Assembly (NCBI GenBank): GCA_036172245.1
Contig: JAYWIR010000004.1
Coordinates: forward strand, 1,364,001-1,428,000
Direction of reading: 5' to 3'
DNA from: Raillietiella orientalis
Taxonomy: Eukaryota
DNA length: 64,000 nucleotides
Within the stretch, counting starts at the first letter, position 1. The number at the start of each line of letters is the position of its first letter. Shown here piece by piece: positions 38,001 to 51,400 of the stretch. Under the pieces are notes generated by a model that worked only from the letters and a program-made list of their open reading frames with translations, was not told the origin of the DNA and searched no databases. Position numbers and translations under genes: made by a program.

Positions 38001-39402
38001 ACGTCGCTCCTGTTTGTCTTATATGAGTAGATTCCCTCATTTCTTCTTGCTGTGCAACCTCTGTTAGGTTTAAGAATACCTGCTACGTTCATCCTGTAGG
38101 GACGAGGTTTCAAAATCTCCATTTCGGAATGAATAAAATGGCTTGTTTACTTCGCTTCTGCTGATCTCAAGGGCTTCCTTCACAATGCTCACAGCTTCAG
38201 AGGTGGAGATGCACTCTTTAATCGCAATCTCCAATATTTCTGTAGCTGCACTTGCTATCTTTTCCTCCTGAATACAGAGCTCCTCAATACGTATGTTTTC
38301 ATCTCACATAAATAGGAATGATAAGAACTCAAATGTCGGAAACGAAGAAGCATGAAGCATAGGAATGCGCAAAGCAAGACATTACTATTCGGGCAGCAAA
38401 GCGAAGTCAGGGAAGCCGTTGCACAGGGCCGGTTCCAGCCTTGCAGCGGATGCATCGCACTCGAGAGACCCAGCCTTGTTGGTCCAGCAAAGCTCCACGG
38501 AAACTTTGCGCTCACGTAGCATGTAGAGGAGTTGGGCGCACTGTTCGATGCATGAGCGAATGCTTGCAGAAAAGAGTCGCTCAAAGTTCTCTTCCTTTGT
38601 AAAATAAAATGAATAAAACGTGATAGCATTATTTGACGGTGTTCACGGAACTTTTAGCATCTACACATTCCAATCTGAAAGCTTGATTTTTTAGTGGACG
38701 GCTTTTCAAGGTAACAGATATAAAAAGTAATCGCGTTTTTTGTTGGTTCTCTGCAGTTTTGAAACAAGTATCAATACCTCTCTGAATGCTTGCTCACATT
38801 GGTTACGAAAATATTCGTTGGATACAGTTCGATTCCTTCTCTCCAGACGTTCCTTGACCAGCCTGCTAGGAATTTTACAAAAAATCAGAGCTCGTTCCAG
38901 TCTACGTTTTATTTCTTGTAATTTTCCTTCATATTTGAACAAGGAATGCATTTAGATTTTGTACACACATATCTACATACCCATTTCTTTAATAAGGGCT
39001 TCTCTCTCTGTTTTCAGAGAATAGCAAAACTGAAGCATCTGAGAAATTCCCTTTCGTAGACTGCAAATGCTTTGACGCTCTAAACAGCACGCGGCATCCG
39101 AGAAATATCGACGGAGGTCAGATGCAGTTTTGATACATCTGAAGAAAACATTGTCACGCTTCCATAATGACAACTCACTGTAATGTATCCTTTATCATGG
39201 CACTCCCATTGCAGAGCTGCCTTGTTACGAGAGACTCGATGTCTTCTAAGGAGACTGAGTGGGAATCATTCGGCAAGGAGCTGCAAAAAGTATTTAGCAA
39301 ACACGCAAAATCCTCTCTTACATCATTTTGGCACAGGAACCAAGAGAACTAAACGCCCTTTCAGTCTCTGATTCTATTTTCTTTGGTAACTTCCAGTTTT
39401 TT
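35088..39402 (-). CDS. Divergent tektin (most like tektin-4/Tektin-A), multi-exon, start codon not resolved
   Basis: Exons about 39402-39322, 39280-39179, 39138-38981, 38926-38778, 38594-38386, 37836-37614, 37570-37416, 35301-35088 have mutually compatible phases. Coiled-coil with tektin-like KRRLERAL..P, E..WTNK...LE.D, TAEVRL..R..KP..E...D....RLLEEV, and C-terminal FPDAPSLLGY*. Confidence 0.8.
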
Positions 39403-42400
39403 CTTGTTCACAAAAACAAACAGTGGTCTAGTTGTACACCATGCACGTACTGCAAGAAATGAATGCAATTTTAGATAGATATCAAAATTATTGTCATGCA
39501 GGTTCTTTTTCAAATGAGAACATTACAGCACCTTGAAAACGAAAGTAGATAAAACAGTATGTAAAGGATTTGTCAAAAATCAAAGGACAATATATACAAC
39601 ATTAAGGCAACTGTAAACACGGAAAGTTATATTTTCTACTCATCCAATTTCAAATCTTCTCAACTTTCCTCATAGCTGGTATTAATTAAAAGGAGTCTCT
39701 TACAATGATTGCTATAGACCTCAAGAGTTCAACATGTAATTTGGCATACTTGGATCAGTTACATCTGAGCATTCGAATTGTTTGTTAGCATTTTTTTGTC
39801 ACAAATAGAGTCACATAATCCGATGCAAGCTTGCAATCGTTTCCTGAGGTGAAAATCAAAAAGCTTGGTCAGACGTTTGATTTTCAGCAAAATAAATTCG
39901 AAACTTCAAAACGTGGGAAACGAAAAAAAAAGGATCCATCTTCTTTGAAATACAGGTTGGAGGGTTTCCTCATCTCGAACGATGAGGATGCAGATTTTGG
40001 ATGATTCATTTCTATCAAACGGAATGAATTGCCATTGTGCTGAGGAAATTGAAAAACAAATGAAGCACAAACAGCCATATAAATAGAGAGCTCTCTACTG
40101 ATTTAGCAATGGGGTGATTTCGATCCATCTTCTCCAGGATCGAGGATAAAATGTGCACTCTGAATTAATAGTGTACTCACATTCTCGGAAAATCCAGCAT
40201 CTCTGCTTTGTCTATTGCGATTTAACTTTCATAAACTTTCCATTTTACTTTCCTTGTTTGTATATAATAATTTTCACGCATGCAGACTGATGCAAACTTG
40301 TGAAGATCAAAGTGGAACTAAGAAGTATTTAAATAATATGACATGATAAACGATAAGAACTCAAACTGTGACGCTGACATGCTTTTTACTGATTTGTCGC
40401 AGTAGGTATGAAAAATAAAGTGCTGTAGAGTTTCCAAAATCCTTAAATATCCGTTTATGATTTCTAGGTTTCTCATTGTATTTTTTTTTTCATTTTTTAA
40501 CCATCTTAGTTTCAACTTTCATATTTTGATTGACACTTCTACTGCATTACCACTTACCAAATACAATTTAAAATTGGTTCTATTTCTTATGCTATAGATA
40601 ACTGTTTTCTACTTTCGCTAAATTAAAACTGTCCACCTATTTCTCTTTAATTTTCTTAAGGTTTCCTTTGTTTTTTGAGCTGAAGAAGTATTTTGATAAA
40701 CATAATCCGTTCCTGCTATCAAAAATGTCCATTTTAGTTCATGGCATTATACGCTTATTTTTCTTCCAAGTTTTCAAATTTTGTTATTTCTATTACGAAA
40801 CCATATTTATGAAATTTAGGAGGTTACTTCTAAATTTCACATCCCTTGCATGTAGTTTTCATTAATGTTTTCAAGCTCCCATATATTTCCTTTTAAAAGA
40901 AATGCAATGTAGATTTTCATTATAACTTGTATTTAAAATTGCTAGATTAATTTCTCTTGTTTGCTTCTTTTTTTTTTATTTTACAAGGCCAATTTTCACA
41001 GACATGAAAGCAAAACATTGACTCAAACCTTTTCTGAAGACTTGAGTGCTTTACGTTCAAAATTAATTTTCTGCTCAAAAAATCTTCAATTGTCTGAAAT
41101 CCAAGTCCTCTAAGGTTTTATAGCATTAATGGTCTTTCAGATATATAGATATATTTGCAATATCATTATCCTTTTGATACATTTGTAAATCTGTTCACTG
41201 TTAACATACGTCACTTTCCCTCGCTTACAACTAAATATGCTTGGCTTTAAAATCACTTCCGTTTGCACTTGCACGAAACTTTCACGGTGCTGTTCATCGA
41301 TTTCATAATTTTAGAGAATTTAAACCTTTTTAGTTTTCTTCATAAGCTTTTCTATCAACCACGGTAAAATTTCATAAAATCCACCCAATACGGCTCGCAC
41401 TTTTTACACAATGATACGTGCATTAATGAAATACTGAATTTGTATCTAGATCCAGAATTTTGAGACAACTAATTTTATTCTTCTCTTGGTTAACGCATGT
41501 ATTTAGCTAAATTAATCATTAGTCTGAAACACATTTTCTTTCATAGTTATTACTATTCTCTTACCTTTTCGGAGTGCATGTAATTCATATTCTCTAATCA
41601 AAATTAATTCTCTGATTAAAAGTGATTTACCCTTTTGTATTGCTTTGATTCTGCAGATGCTTCTACGATTTCATTCCACTATTTTTCTTCCTTTTTTTGT
41701 TCTTTGGGAAACTATGCATGTGTGAAGTAGTTCATGTCATCTCTAACTCTTTGACAAAGAATTTTCTTCAAAATAATGAGAATATGTTTCTAAAAAAAAA
41801 TATGATGAGGAGAGTATGTGGTATATTGAAGTCGGCTCCATTTTATCAGTTGGATTCATTGAGGATTTCATTATCAACCCTTATCAACGAGTCTTTTTCA
41901 TTGATCCTAAATAACTGCAATTCAATTCCAATTTCGAGGAAAAACTCTAAACATCTTGATTCATTTGTTTCATTTTTTTTTTTCTTTTCCCATGTGGAAA
42001 AAGCCTTTTTCAATTTCGGATCCTCTTTTCAGGAAGCAGCAGAGCTCTTCAATGCGTTCGGAAATTTCTCGTTCATCATTTCGTGCTTTGATCGACTCGG
42101 TGCTCTTGACTGGGGGCCAATTTCTGCAGAATTCCCTCATTTAATTGTCTTTGAATGACAAAAGGTAGCCTCTTTCATTTTCGGCATCATCCATAGAACC
42201 AATCGGGAAACTTCTCCTCTGCCACTTCAAAGTGCTAGGCAATTCAGCAAGAAGCCTTTTGGTCATGTACCCCAAGCAGAAAACACTCCTAATTTTCTTA
42301 AGTGTTCAGTATTCCAGGAGTTTGCTCTAAGTGTTTCGATTTATTCTAGCTTTGACTCAAAGATCATGCCATTCCCATTTTGATTCTTCAAAGTAGGTTT

Positions 42401-45400
42401 GATCTCATTAAACTTCAGATTAAATTTGCATTCTTCCTTTCCGGCCATTCTTCAAGGTCGATGGATTCTCAGAGATCTTGAACAGATCAGGAAAGTTTAG
42501 AAAGCTTTGTTCATCAAGTAGCTAACTAAAAGTTTGCATGAAAAATGCAGATCTCAGATCAACTTGAGTTTTAATTAACTTTATTCCGATAACTTAAATC
42601 ATTCTGAATTTTTCATATTCTTGAAGTTATGTGAAAGATGTTTTCCTTGAATTTTCATGATCATTTCGATCCCATTAAGTGTGTTTAAGGTTGGAGATGT
42701 GATGGAAAATTTTGTACTCGGTCTTATTTCGAGATTACTTATCATAGGAATGCTCACACATTTTTTGAATTAAATTAATTTTGAAATCAGATCCTGAAGC
42801 AAAATTCTGCATCACCTGCAAAAAGACTGCTTAGAAACCACCTGAAAATTTGATCACGAATCTACATTTGCAGAAAACAAGCTTGAAAAATTCAAAAGCA
42901 GTTCAGCTTGAATTTTACGAAAAACCGTTTTATTGATCTTGGAAGTGTTGATTAAAATGTAACAGAAAATGAAAGCCTTAGACTTTCCATGCATAGGAAC
43001 GTGATTTTCCTTGGATTATGAAGGACGGTACTTATCTTGTAAACGTATTTTGCCTAATTATTTACATGATAATTTTACTCTGATAAATCAGATTAGATAA
43101 AAAAAAATTTCGAGAATTTAGAATTTTGGCCTAAGTCGATCTTCAAATTGTTCGTGATCTATATTATGTTTTTGTTAAAAAATCCCATCTTGATAGTACC
43201 TTAAAAACTGATTCATATACAGTTCGGGTGCGTTGATTTGGTGGGCGTAACACATACACACAAACACATTTGAATGATGCCCGTTTTTATTTTCGTTTTG
43301 CTAAAAGTCAATTCTCGGTCGAAAAACCACTACAGTTTGATGCGATATTCCTTTTTTAACGAATAATCTTTGTCCGACAACCTTATTTCCAGTTATGCAA
43401 ATATTTCTTTTCGTACATTACGTTGTATAGTTTGCAGCATAGCTAATAAGGAAACAGCCTTTCATGTATTCAAAACCATTAGAAATGCAGAATAAAATTC
43501 AATAAATTTGCTGTTTGCGAAATCTTTGATCAAACGCTCACCTCAACGAGTATTCCAAAATTCTCTCCGTGTTAGCATATACATCTGCTAATATGGGTTC
43601 ACTTTCTCAGTTCCTCTGCAGAGTCGAATTTGGTTTTATAAACACGTAGCTTCTGAAGACGTAACTGATTTAAAAATCTAGAAATCTTAGAATAAACTTT
43701 TATTACGATAATCTTCAATTTCGAAACCTGTGGTCTTCGTAGGCGAAAATCAGAAAAATCAATCTTTTTTTTTTTTTTTATGTTTCCATGGAAACCACCA
43801 ACAATTGTCTGGCATTCCTTGACCATCTTATACATGTCAATAATGTAATGAGTCTCTATTATGTTGTTAAATAAATCATGAAGCATTTATAAAAGGGATG
43901 ATCCATCTGAGGTGGAAATAATTTAGAAGAAGATGGAATGGAGGGAAATGAAATCAATTATACTTTGTAATTCGGATTCGTATAAGCTTGAAATGAAAAG
44001 TGCCCTAATCTGCAGAGGAATAGACTTCATTGTGTCTAGAGAAATTAGAGTTAATGATCTCTGTAGAGTAATTAGACTGAATTGTATGAAAGATTTGCAT
44101 TACTCACAGAAATGCTGATATGCTTTGGTAACTCTTTGCCAGGTAATAACCCGTTCTATACGATTTTAAAAACACACACACACACACACACGCACTAAAC
44201 TAATCTTAAAGTGGAATGTTAAATAAAAGCTTAAAAAAATATACGAACTGAACAATGGAATCCAAAATGGTCCAAAATTCTGATCATTGGTTACATAGAT
44301 AGATTTGTTGTTGCAGGGACAGTTGTCATGATCCCATGCAAACTCAGGTTTCCAATCACCCTTATCAATAAATAACAATTATGCTGCACATGCTTTAGAA
44401 AAAAAATGTTTAATGAACACTTGGGGGAGTTTGTCCGAGCAGAAAAAGTGTATGGTCTGACTTCATTTGTTCATCACGTTAGAAAGAGATTCCATCATAT
44501 GTTTCACACCTGCAAAACAGAATAAAAACAGAAATGCCAAAGACTTTGCAAAGAGACTGCGACGATGATAAAAACTTGGAAATGTTCAAATTCACGTGCA
44601 GTGGGTGAAGCCAGCTGAGGAGGAAGAAGTAGGCTTTGAGTATTTTAATCTTGGATTGAGAGGCATTTCTATGCATGTTACTATTTGCACATTTCATTTG
44701 GTCTGGTGGGCCATGGTTTTTGGAAGAGGGATTGTTCAGTTTTTTGTTGTTGTTGTTGTCCATTCAGACTTTTTTGCAACATTATCACATACTGATTTAT
44801 TTTGTCTAACAATCTCATCGTAGGCGCGAAAAGTCCAAGACTGTTCTTTCAAGGAAAAGGATTCAAAGGACCGTGCAGAAAGGATTCCATTTGACACTAT
44901 ATGCATGCATTCAGAGAGCACAGTCATCAAAATAAACAAATACCCTGGCAATGAAAACATTGAACTGCATTCAAACAAATGAAGAGCTCAGAGAATGCTC
45001 TACTCTATGAAGTAAAAAGGATAGTCGAGGGATCATTTCCCTCTTATTTAACTGGATATTTTTTTTTTTTTTTTTTTTTTTTAGTAGCAGTTTACCCATT
45101 CAGATCTTTAACTTACCACGAAACGGTAAGTCCGTTTCGTCATTAATTCCTAATTATCCTTCCAACATCATTCAACGCACATAAGTAATTCATTATCCAT
45201 TCCGATCATCCGATCACTACTAGCGTGCCGATATATCTATGGGAACAGGATCCGGAATCTCATTGTAAAGTGGTCAGACTGCAAATTAGGCTCCTTATCT
45301 CTCCGAGACCGTACTTGTTAGTGAGAAGATAATAGAAGGATTTCCTCTGCATGGAAATTATCGATATTTGTTATGCTGAATGGAAAAAAAAAGAGAATCA

Positions 45401-45657
45401 TTTTGATTTGGGTTTTCATCTCATGCAGGAAGACCGAACGATTTCAGAGACCTGTGAAGTGGAGTTATCCAGAAGTTAGACATTTGTTTGCTCCTCCTTG
45501 GAGTTTGAAACGATGGGACAAGTGCTCAAAAATCAAGAGGGGTTTCTTGATGGAAATCACTCGGCATCGGTTAGAAAATAGTTTTTTCCCTTGTTTCGCT
45601 TCTCGAGAAATCCATTTTGGTCCTTGGAACGGTCATACCTCCAGCAGCATCTTCAAG

Positions 45658-45968
45658 ATGCCTGTGAAGCGGTTTAAAGCAATGGTGCTTCTTGGCATCG
45701 GCTGCTTCATAGTGCTTTTGAGAGTAGTGTTTTTCGAAAAAGTACAAAGTGAGCAACCACGTTGTTCCGTGCAGCACGAAGAGCACACCTTTTCATGCTG
45801 CGGTACTTTCAAACGAAGGACTCCTACCAACGATTTTCAAGACGTTTACGACGACCAGTTTATGGATTTGCATGAAGCTATAGAAAAAAGCCGTCCTGGA
45901 AAAGCTGCGAGGACCAATAAAACTTTTGAAGAAATCAATCAGGACTTGATTGACTACAGGAAGAAAAT
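45658..45968 (+). CDS. Probable first coding exon of a type II membrane protein (short basic tail, TM helix, stem), product unknown
   Basis: MPVKRFKAMVLLGIGCFIVLLRVVFF... is open to a strong donor AT|GTAAGT at 45968/45969, with an upstream acceptor near 45428. No in-frame downstream exon found. Confidence 0.5.
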
Positions 45969-46999
45969 GTAAGTTCACTGGTTTCCAAAATAGATCCATT
46001 GATTGCACTTTAATTATTAAACTGCAAGCCATTTCTTAGCATACAGAATTCTGTCGTATCAGTGATTCAGAAACACACAATTAGCGTTCTAGGAATCTTG
46101 AAATCCAATAAAATTCTGAGAAATGCATTTAATGTAAATTATCTTGAAATATCGCTAAGACTCTCGATGAAAATCTCGACAGAGGAACACCTAGTTTCTA
46201 GAAGAAATGTAATGTACGTAGTCCAAACAATGTGCTGCCTGAAAAATTTCTATTTCTCAGAATATGACGGAGCAATTAGATCATAGCATTTACCAGTAGA
46301 TGAACGCTATTATGGCGATAGCATTCACTTTCATGGTCTCGATCGTGCAAGTTTCGAGGTATGTTGGCAGGAGTTTATTAATTACCATTGACGCTGTTCA
46401 ACTTCAAAAAGCTTCAAAAACTAAACTTTATGAACTTCAAAAAGCACCTTCATGATCAGCCAGCCTGCGGAACATGCCACACAACGGCGCCAAACGAATA
46501 GCGTGAACGATGGATGGTGCCATCCAAACAGCAAAGTGCAAGAAAAAGTACAATAAGTACCTAGCAAGAGTACACTCCAGGCAGAATGTTTTAAATCCCA
46601 TCTCGCACCTGTTCACTGAACCCAACTGCCCTGATTCCGAACTGGAAATCTTTTTGCCATAAGCAGCCGAAGTACGAAACCGGAATGAATATTTCTTGTT
46701 TTTACCCACATTCATAATGGAGCATCATTTATTCATTTGTCCATATTAAAAAAAAGTGGCTTTAAAAGTAAGACAAATAGGAAAATGCCGATATCCAAAA
46801 AGAGCATCCCTTTCAATAAAAAAGAAGATGCTTCTTCCCAGATTAATTTCTTGTCGTAACCCTCTTATCTTAAACAGAAATGCTTCGGTTTCCTGATGCA
46901 ATCGGGAATCTGGATAAGTTCCCTTCATACTAATTAGCTAAATGAGCAAGCATTGACTCATGGTGCTTGAAGCACTTCGTTAAACATGGAGTGGACTCC

Positions 47000-48420
47000 A
47001 CGTTGAGTTCCCGGAAGTACTACTGTTGGGCCCGTTTCCAATCAGTTTGCACTCTACGAAGTGTCATTCGTTGCTTCGGAAATGGAAAATTTTCTAGGGT
47101 CTCATGCAGAAGCTCAAGGAAACGCACTTTTCAGTTTCTCCTAGGATGCTTCCAGCTTCTAGAAATTCTTTCGACATGGCATCTGGGATCTATGGGTTGA
47201 TGCCTCTTTCTAAGAAATCCTCGCGTGCCTTTGTGGTCACCAGCCTGCTGCTATATATTTATCCTCTACTCTTGCTGATCATTTCCATCGTGATCGTGCT
47301 GTTGCTTGTAGAGCATTAGCTTCTATGTGACAAAGAGTCAAAATTTGTAGCGTTCCCTCTCTTCGGTCTGCATCTAAAACTGGAAATTCAAAGAATCTGA
47401 CGTGTTCCTTCCTTTGTTGAGATGACTTCTCGTGCTTTCTACTTCAATTCACTCGTGAGATGATAACGAAAAGTTTTCTCGCTGCGCTTCCGAAGTTTGT
47501 CCGTCCCGAGGGGGTCTTCTGAAAGGGATACACACCATGACCACTATGAGGCAGTGGAAATTAAAACAGACCATTATCATTAGGAAGTTTTTAGAGGACT
47601 ACCTCGGATTCTAGATGTGTTCAACCAAGTCATCATCAAATCACAGAAGATTTTAGAGTCCCGCATCGATTGGGCAAGCGTCCTCAGGAAGCTTTGAGGA
47701 GGCTGCTTCAAAGCTGAGAGCCACAAGAAGGCATTCGAAAACACATTCCCTAGAGGACACATTGCCCAAACACTGGGTGCATTCGAGGAAACACTCAAGG
47801 ATCGACTTTTCCCAAAAGGAGAAACTGCTCTTCACCTTCTCTCCTGATCGAGTCTTAGCGTCTCCTTCTCCTGTCTTTCCCTGAGGGTTGACACTTCACA
47901 CAGCATCTCTGCAGTGAAAATAAGTCTCAATGGGACATCTCTCCAAGAACCCGAAAGAACTGTTTGAGCATGTTCCCCTTGCATCCTAACGCCTCAAACT
48001 TTCTACCAGTGTCGGCCCACTTTGCCTAGTTCAAGTATCCCAGTGGACGGCACGATAAAAATAACATCTGTTTGCTTGAAAAATAGGGAAGGAAAACCAG
48101 AAACCCCATTTCAGAAGTTTTATCTGGGGATATCTTCGGAAGCACTGTATCCCAGTGATGACGTCAATGTCGAGCTTCTCCTAAACAGCATGACTACGAG
48201 TCCGATATCAAAAATAGGTGAGAAGTTTCTCCTATCTTTATTCTCACCCATCTTGAGAAGCAGGGGTACCATCTCACTGCTCATGGTTGCACGCAAATTC
48301 TGTTCGATCCTGTGAACGCGTCTAGAAAGCCTGTGCAATGCGCGTTTTTCTCGAGCGCGTTCTCTTCTCCATGTGTGCCCGCTTTCATCTTCGGTTTCCA
48401 TTCTTTTTACTCCCGTTTCC
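47000..48420 (-). mobile_element. Decayed APE-LINE reverse transcriptase fragment
   Basis: MVPLLLKMGENKDRRNFSPIF (about 48220-48285) resembles the RT N-terminal LLxKxG...NWRPI motif. The rest is frameshifted. Confidence 0.45.
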
Positions 48421-48499
48421 TGAATTTAATTCTGGAGCTCACGTAGATACGGAAATGCGAAGGTGAGATGGCGAGATGGCCGCGCACTCGAGTGGACGG

Positions 48500-51400
48500 C
48501 AAGAAACTCTCCTCAAACTCAAACGCATCCTTCCATCCTCCATCCTTCCCTTCAGGAACGCCCGACACAATACACACACAAAAAAAGTGAGGCTCGCTTC
48601 AGAAAGGGGGACTCGCCCGCGTCCATCACCAGAACTCCTCGCATGCATGCTCCTTCGAGAAAGACAAGACTTGGGAAAGCTTCGGAGGGGAGAAGATTTG
48701 CTAGGCAACCCGGAATGTCCAAAGCTCTCGGGCAAGCGGCTCATCCAGAGACGGGATCGCTTTCTCCAAGAAGCTCAAGAAACTCGGTGGTATAAACCGA
48801 GAACTCGTACCTGAACTCGTACTCGGTGGTACGAACTTGGCCTGAGAGATCGACCGCACGATCTTGCATGCGAACCCAATCTTCCTGAAGTCCACATGAC
48901 CTCCCCTCTCTATGAACAAGCGAGGGAAATCCTAGAAGTGCAGCCGAATCCGTATCTTCTTTTCCTTTCTTTTTGTTTTTACTTGATGCTCTTCATGGAG
49001 CCACGGTCGAGAGATGGGCGAGCCTTGCGCCTACTAAGGGAACACGAAGAAATATCCTCAGGAGGAACTCGCAGCCTACAGCTCTATCGGACTTGCGGAA
49101 GAAGGCTCAGCTGGTCTTACATGCTCCAAGGAGAAGCAGGTTCACCTTGAAAAGGACCGAAGCGTCCAGCAATCGAGGTGGCTGGCTGCGAACTGAGTTA
49201 TGTTCGCAGAGAAGACCCGACCATCGTGCCGAGGCTGGAACGGACACCCAGAAGTACATTTTTTAGAAGGGGGAAAGAAGGAAGGAAGAATGCGATGAGA
49301 AGATGGAGATGAGGGATGATCAAGCAGCTTCCGATGGTCTTTCCCTGAACGTTCGTGGTTCCGTAGATCTGGGGAACCATGGGGAGGAGATAACTCTACC
49401 CTACATGGGGACTGTCCTTCCGCGGACTGGTAGTGACCTCAGGAAGATGAAAGACTGCAGAAAGGCAATGTTTGTGGCTCCAGGAGAGATTCAGGGAGAT
49501 TCAAATCACTCAGTGCAGCACTCTGAATATTCAGCATGGGAACTAAGTGGAGATGGTGGAAGGATGGGCAAAAAGAGCTGAGCAAGCTTCCGTGTTGGCC
49601 GGTCTCTCTCTAGAGGTGGGACTCTCTCGGCACTGTAGGTGCTGCTTCAAAATCCAGGGAAGCAGCTGCAAAAAGGCGGAGGGTTCTCATCGAGTCAGGG
49701 AGGGATAAAGTCTACCCCCTTCTCTCCAGTTCCCTGAGAACGGGGGGGAGGGGGTAGACTTTCTCCTGCTTTGCCGGAACCTCCTTGAGAGGATGAAAAA
49801 TGAGCACCAATCAGGAGTCTTGGATCCGGGTCCTTTCCCTCACCTCCTCTTCCCCCACCGAGCTGTGATCAAGAGAGTTCTGATCCTCCGGAAATGGCAT
49901 GTATCCTTATTAGGGCGAGCGGAAAAACCCTCACCCTCTCAGAGAGCAGTAAAAGTTCCCTGGGTGTGCACTGGGAGGGAGGGGTGAGACCACAGGTCCG
50001 TGACACGTGATCCAACCTTGTGGAAATCCGTTTTGTCCTCAGGGAGGCCCAGAGACCGCAGAGGATGCAAGTTTTTTCGGTGAAGACTCGCGTGTGTTTC
50101 CGTGCTTTCGCCAAGGTGGCGCGCAGGCGGCTGCGGGAGAAGGCACGAATGCGCGAAACCTCGGCGACCCGGGAAAAACAGGACTCTTTGAAAAGCACTC
50201 GGAACCTGAGGAGGGGTCTAAAAGATTCCCCGTATCCTGTGGAAGCTTCCATTCGCTCCACCTTGCAGAGCTCCCCCTCTTCCTTTTAAAACGTGCCCAC
50301 TCTTCTTTGCTTCCTGCAGGGTGAAGCGGACGTTCCCAGCACTTGAGATTCCCCCTCACCGAGCAAGCATTCCCAGGACACCCGCTGCTTTGCCCACACG
50401 CGCTCAGAGCCCGTGTGCGCGGATAAAGCGGGTGAGTCCGAAGGAGGTCTCCAGAATTACGGGACGATCTTCCCGGAAACGCAGCTCGCAGACTCGAAGC
50501 TTTGCTCGTGAGATCTTCAGCATCCACCCCACTCGTTGGTTCCCCCGCAGCGTTCGACCCTCCGCGACACCGGAAACGACACTTCTGGAGAGCGGAAGTG
50601 CCCCTCTTCTATCTTGTTTCCTTGCGTAACTGCTCCCCGCCTAGCTGGATCTCCCTGTGGTCGGGAGAGGGATGAAACAGTCGGAAAGGCGTGCTCCAAA
50701 GTTCATTGGTCCCGGGATAGGTTCCGGGAGCATCATATAGGTCAGAACTCAGCTCAGCGGTCCGGTCATCCAACAGGTTTCTTGTTCCATTTCGGGTGCA
50801 GCTGCGTCGAAGCAGCTCCCGTTCGACAGTCCTTTCTCCCATGATTCCGTAGCTCGCAAAACCAGGGTTGCGTGCGCCTCGGAGAGAAACAAACCTCCTC
50901 CCTACCAAACCTCCCCGTCTCAAACAACCATCCTTCCTTCATCCATCCAAGATAGGAACCTGTCTTGATGATTCCCACGCGGTCGAGACAGTGCGCTTCT
51001 TCATCACAGAAGTAAAGAAACGTCTAGAGACGTTGGGGCAGTGCATCCCACCGAGTTCGAACAACCTCTGGGGGTTCCTGTAGAGGTCCGCAACAGAAGG
51101 GAATGAGGAAAGAAGGAAGAAGAAGAAGGAAAGGATTGTTTATGGTAAGAGGAGGTTGGCACTGACTGTGCCGTCGGGTCCTCTCTGGCCTATGCCGACA
51201 AGAGCGTTTGCTCCTTCCCGCCCCTTCTCGTGCCATGGTGTGCTTTGCTCTGGGAACCGTGTGGACGTTCCTCCTCGCCTTTCCCGGTTACCGGCAGAGA
51301 ATCCCAGCGACGCTTCACGGTCCCTCTGACCTCCGCGGAGTGCCGTGCTGCCCACACGGAATCCACTTCCGTCTATCCACTTCATCACATTTTGAGAGGA

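Noticed and set aside
41697..42158. 153-aa + strand ORF
   Set aside because: F/S/L/N-rich antisense shadow of AT-rich, coding-like sequence on the minus strand.
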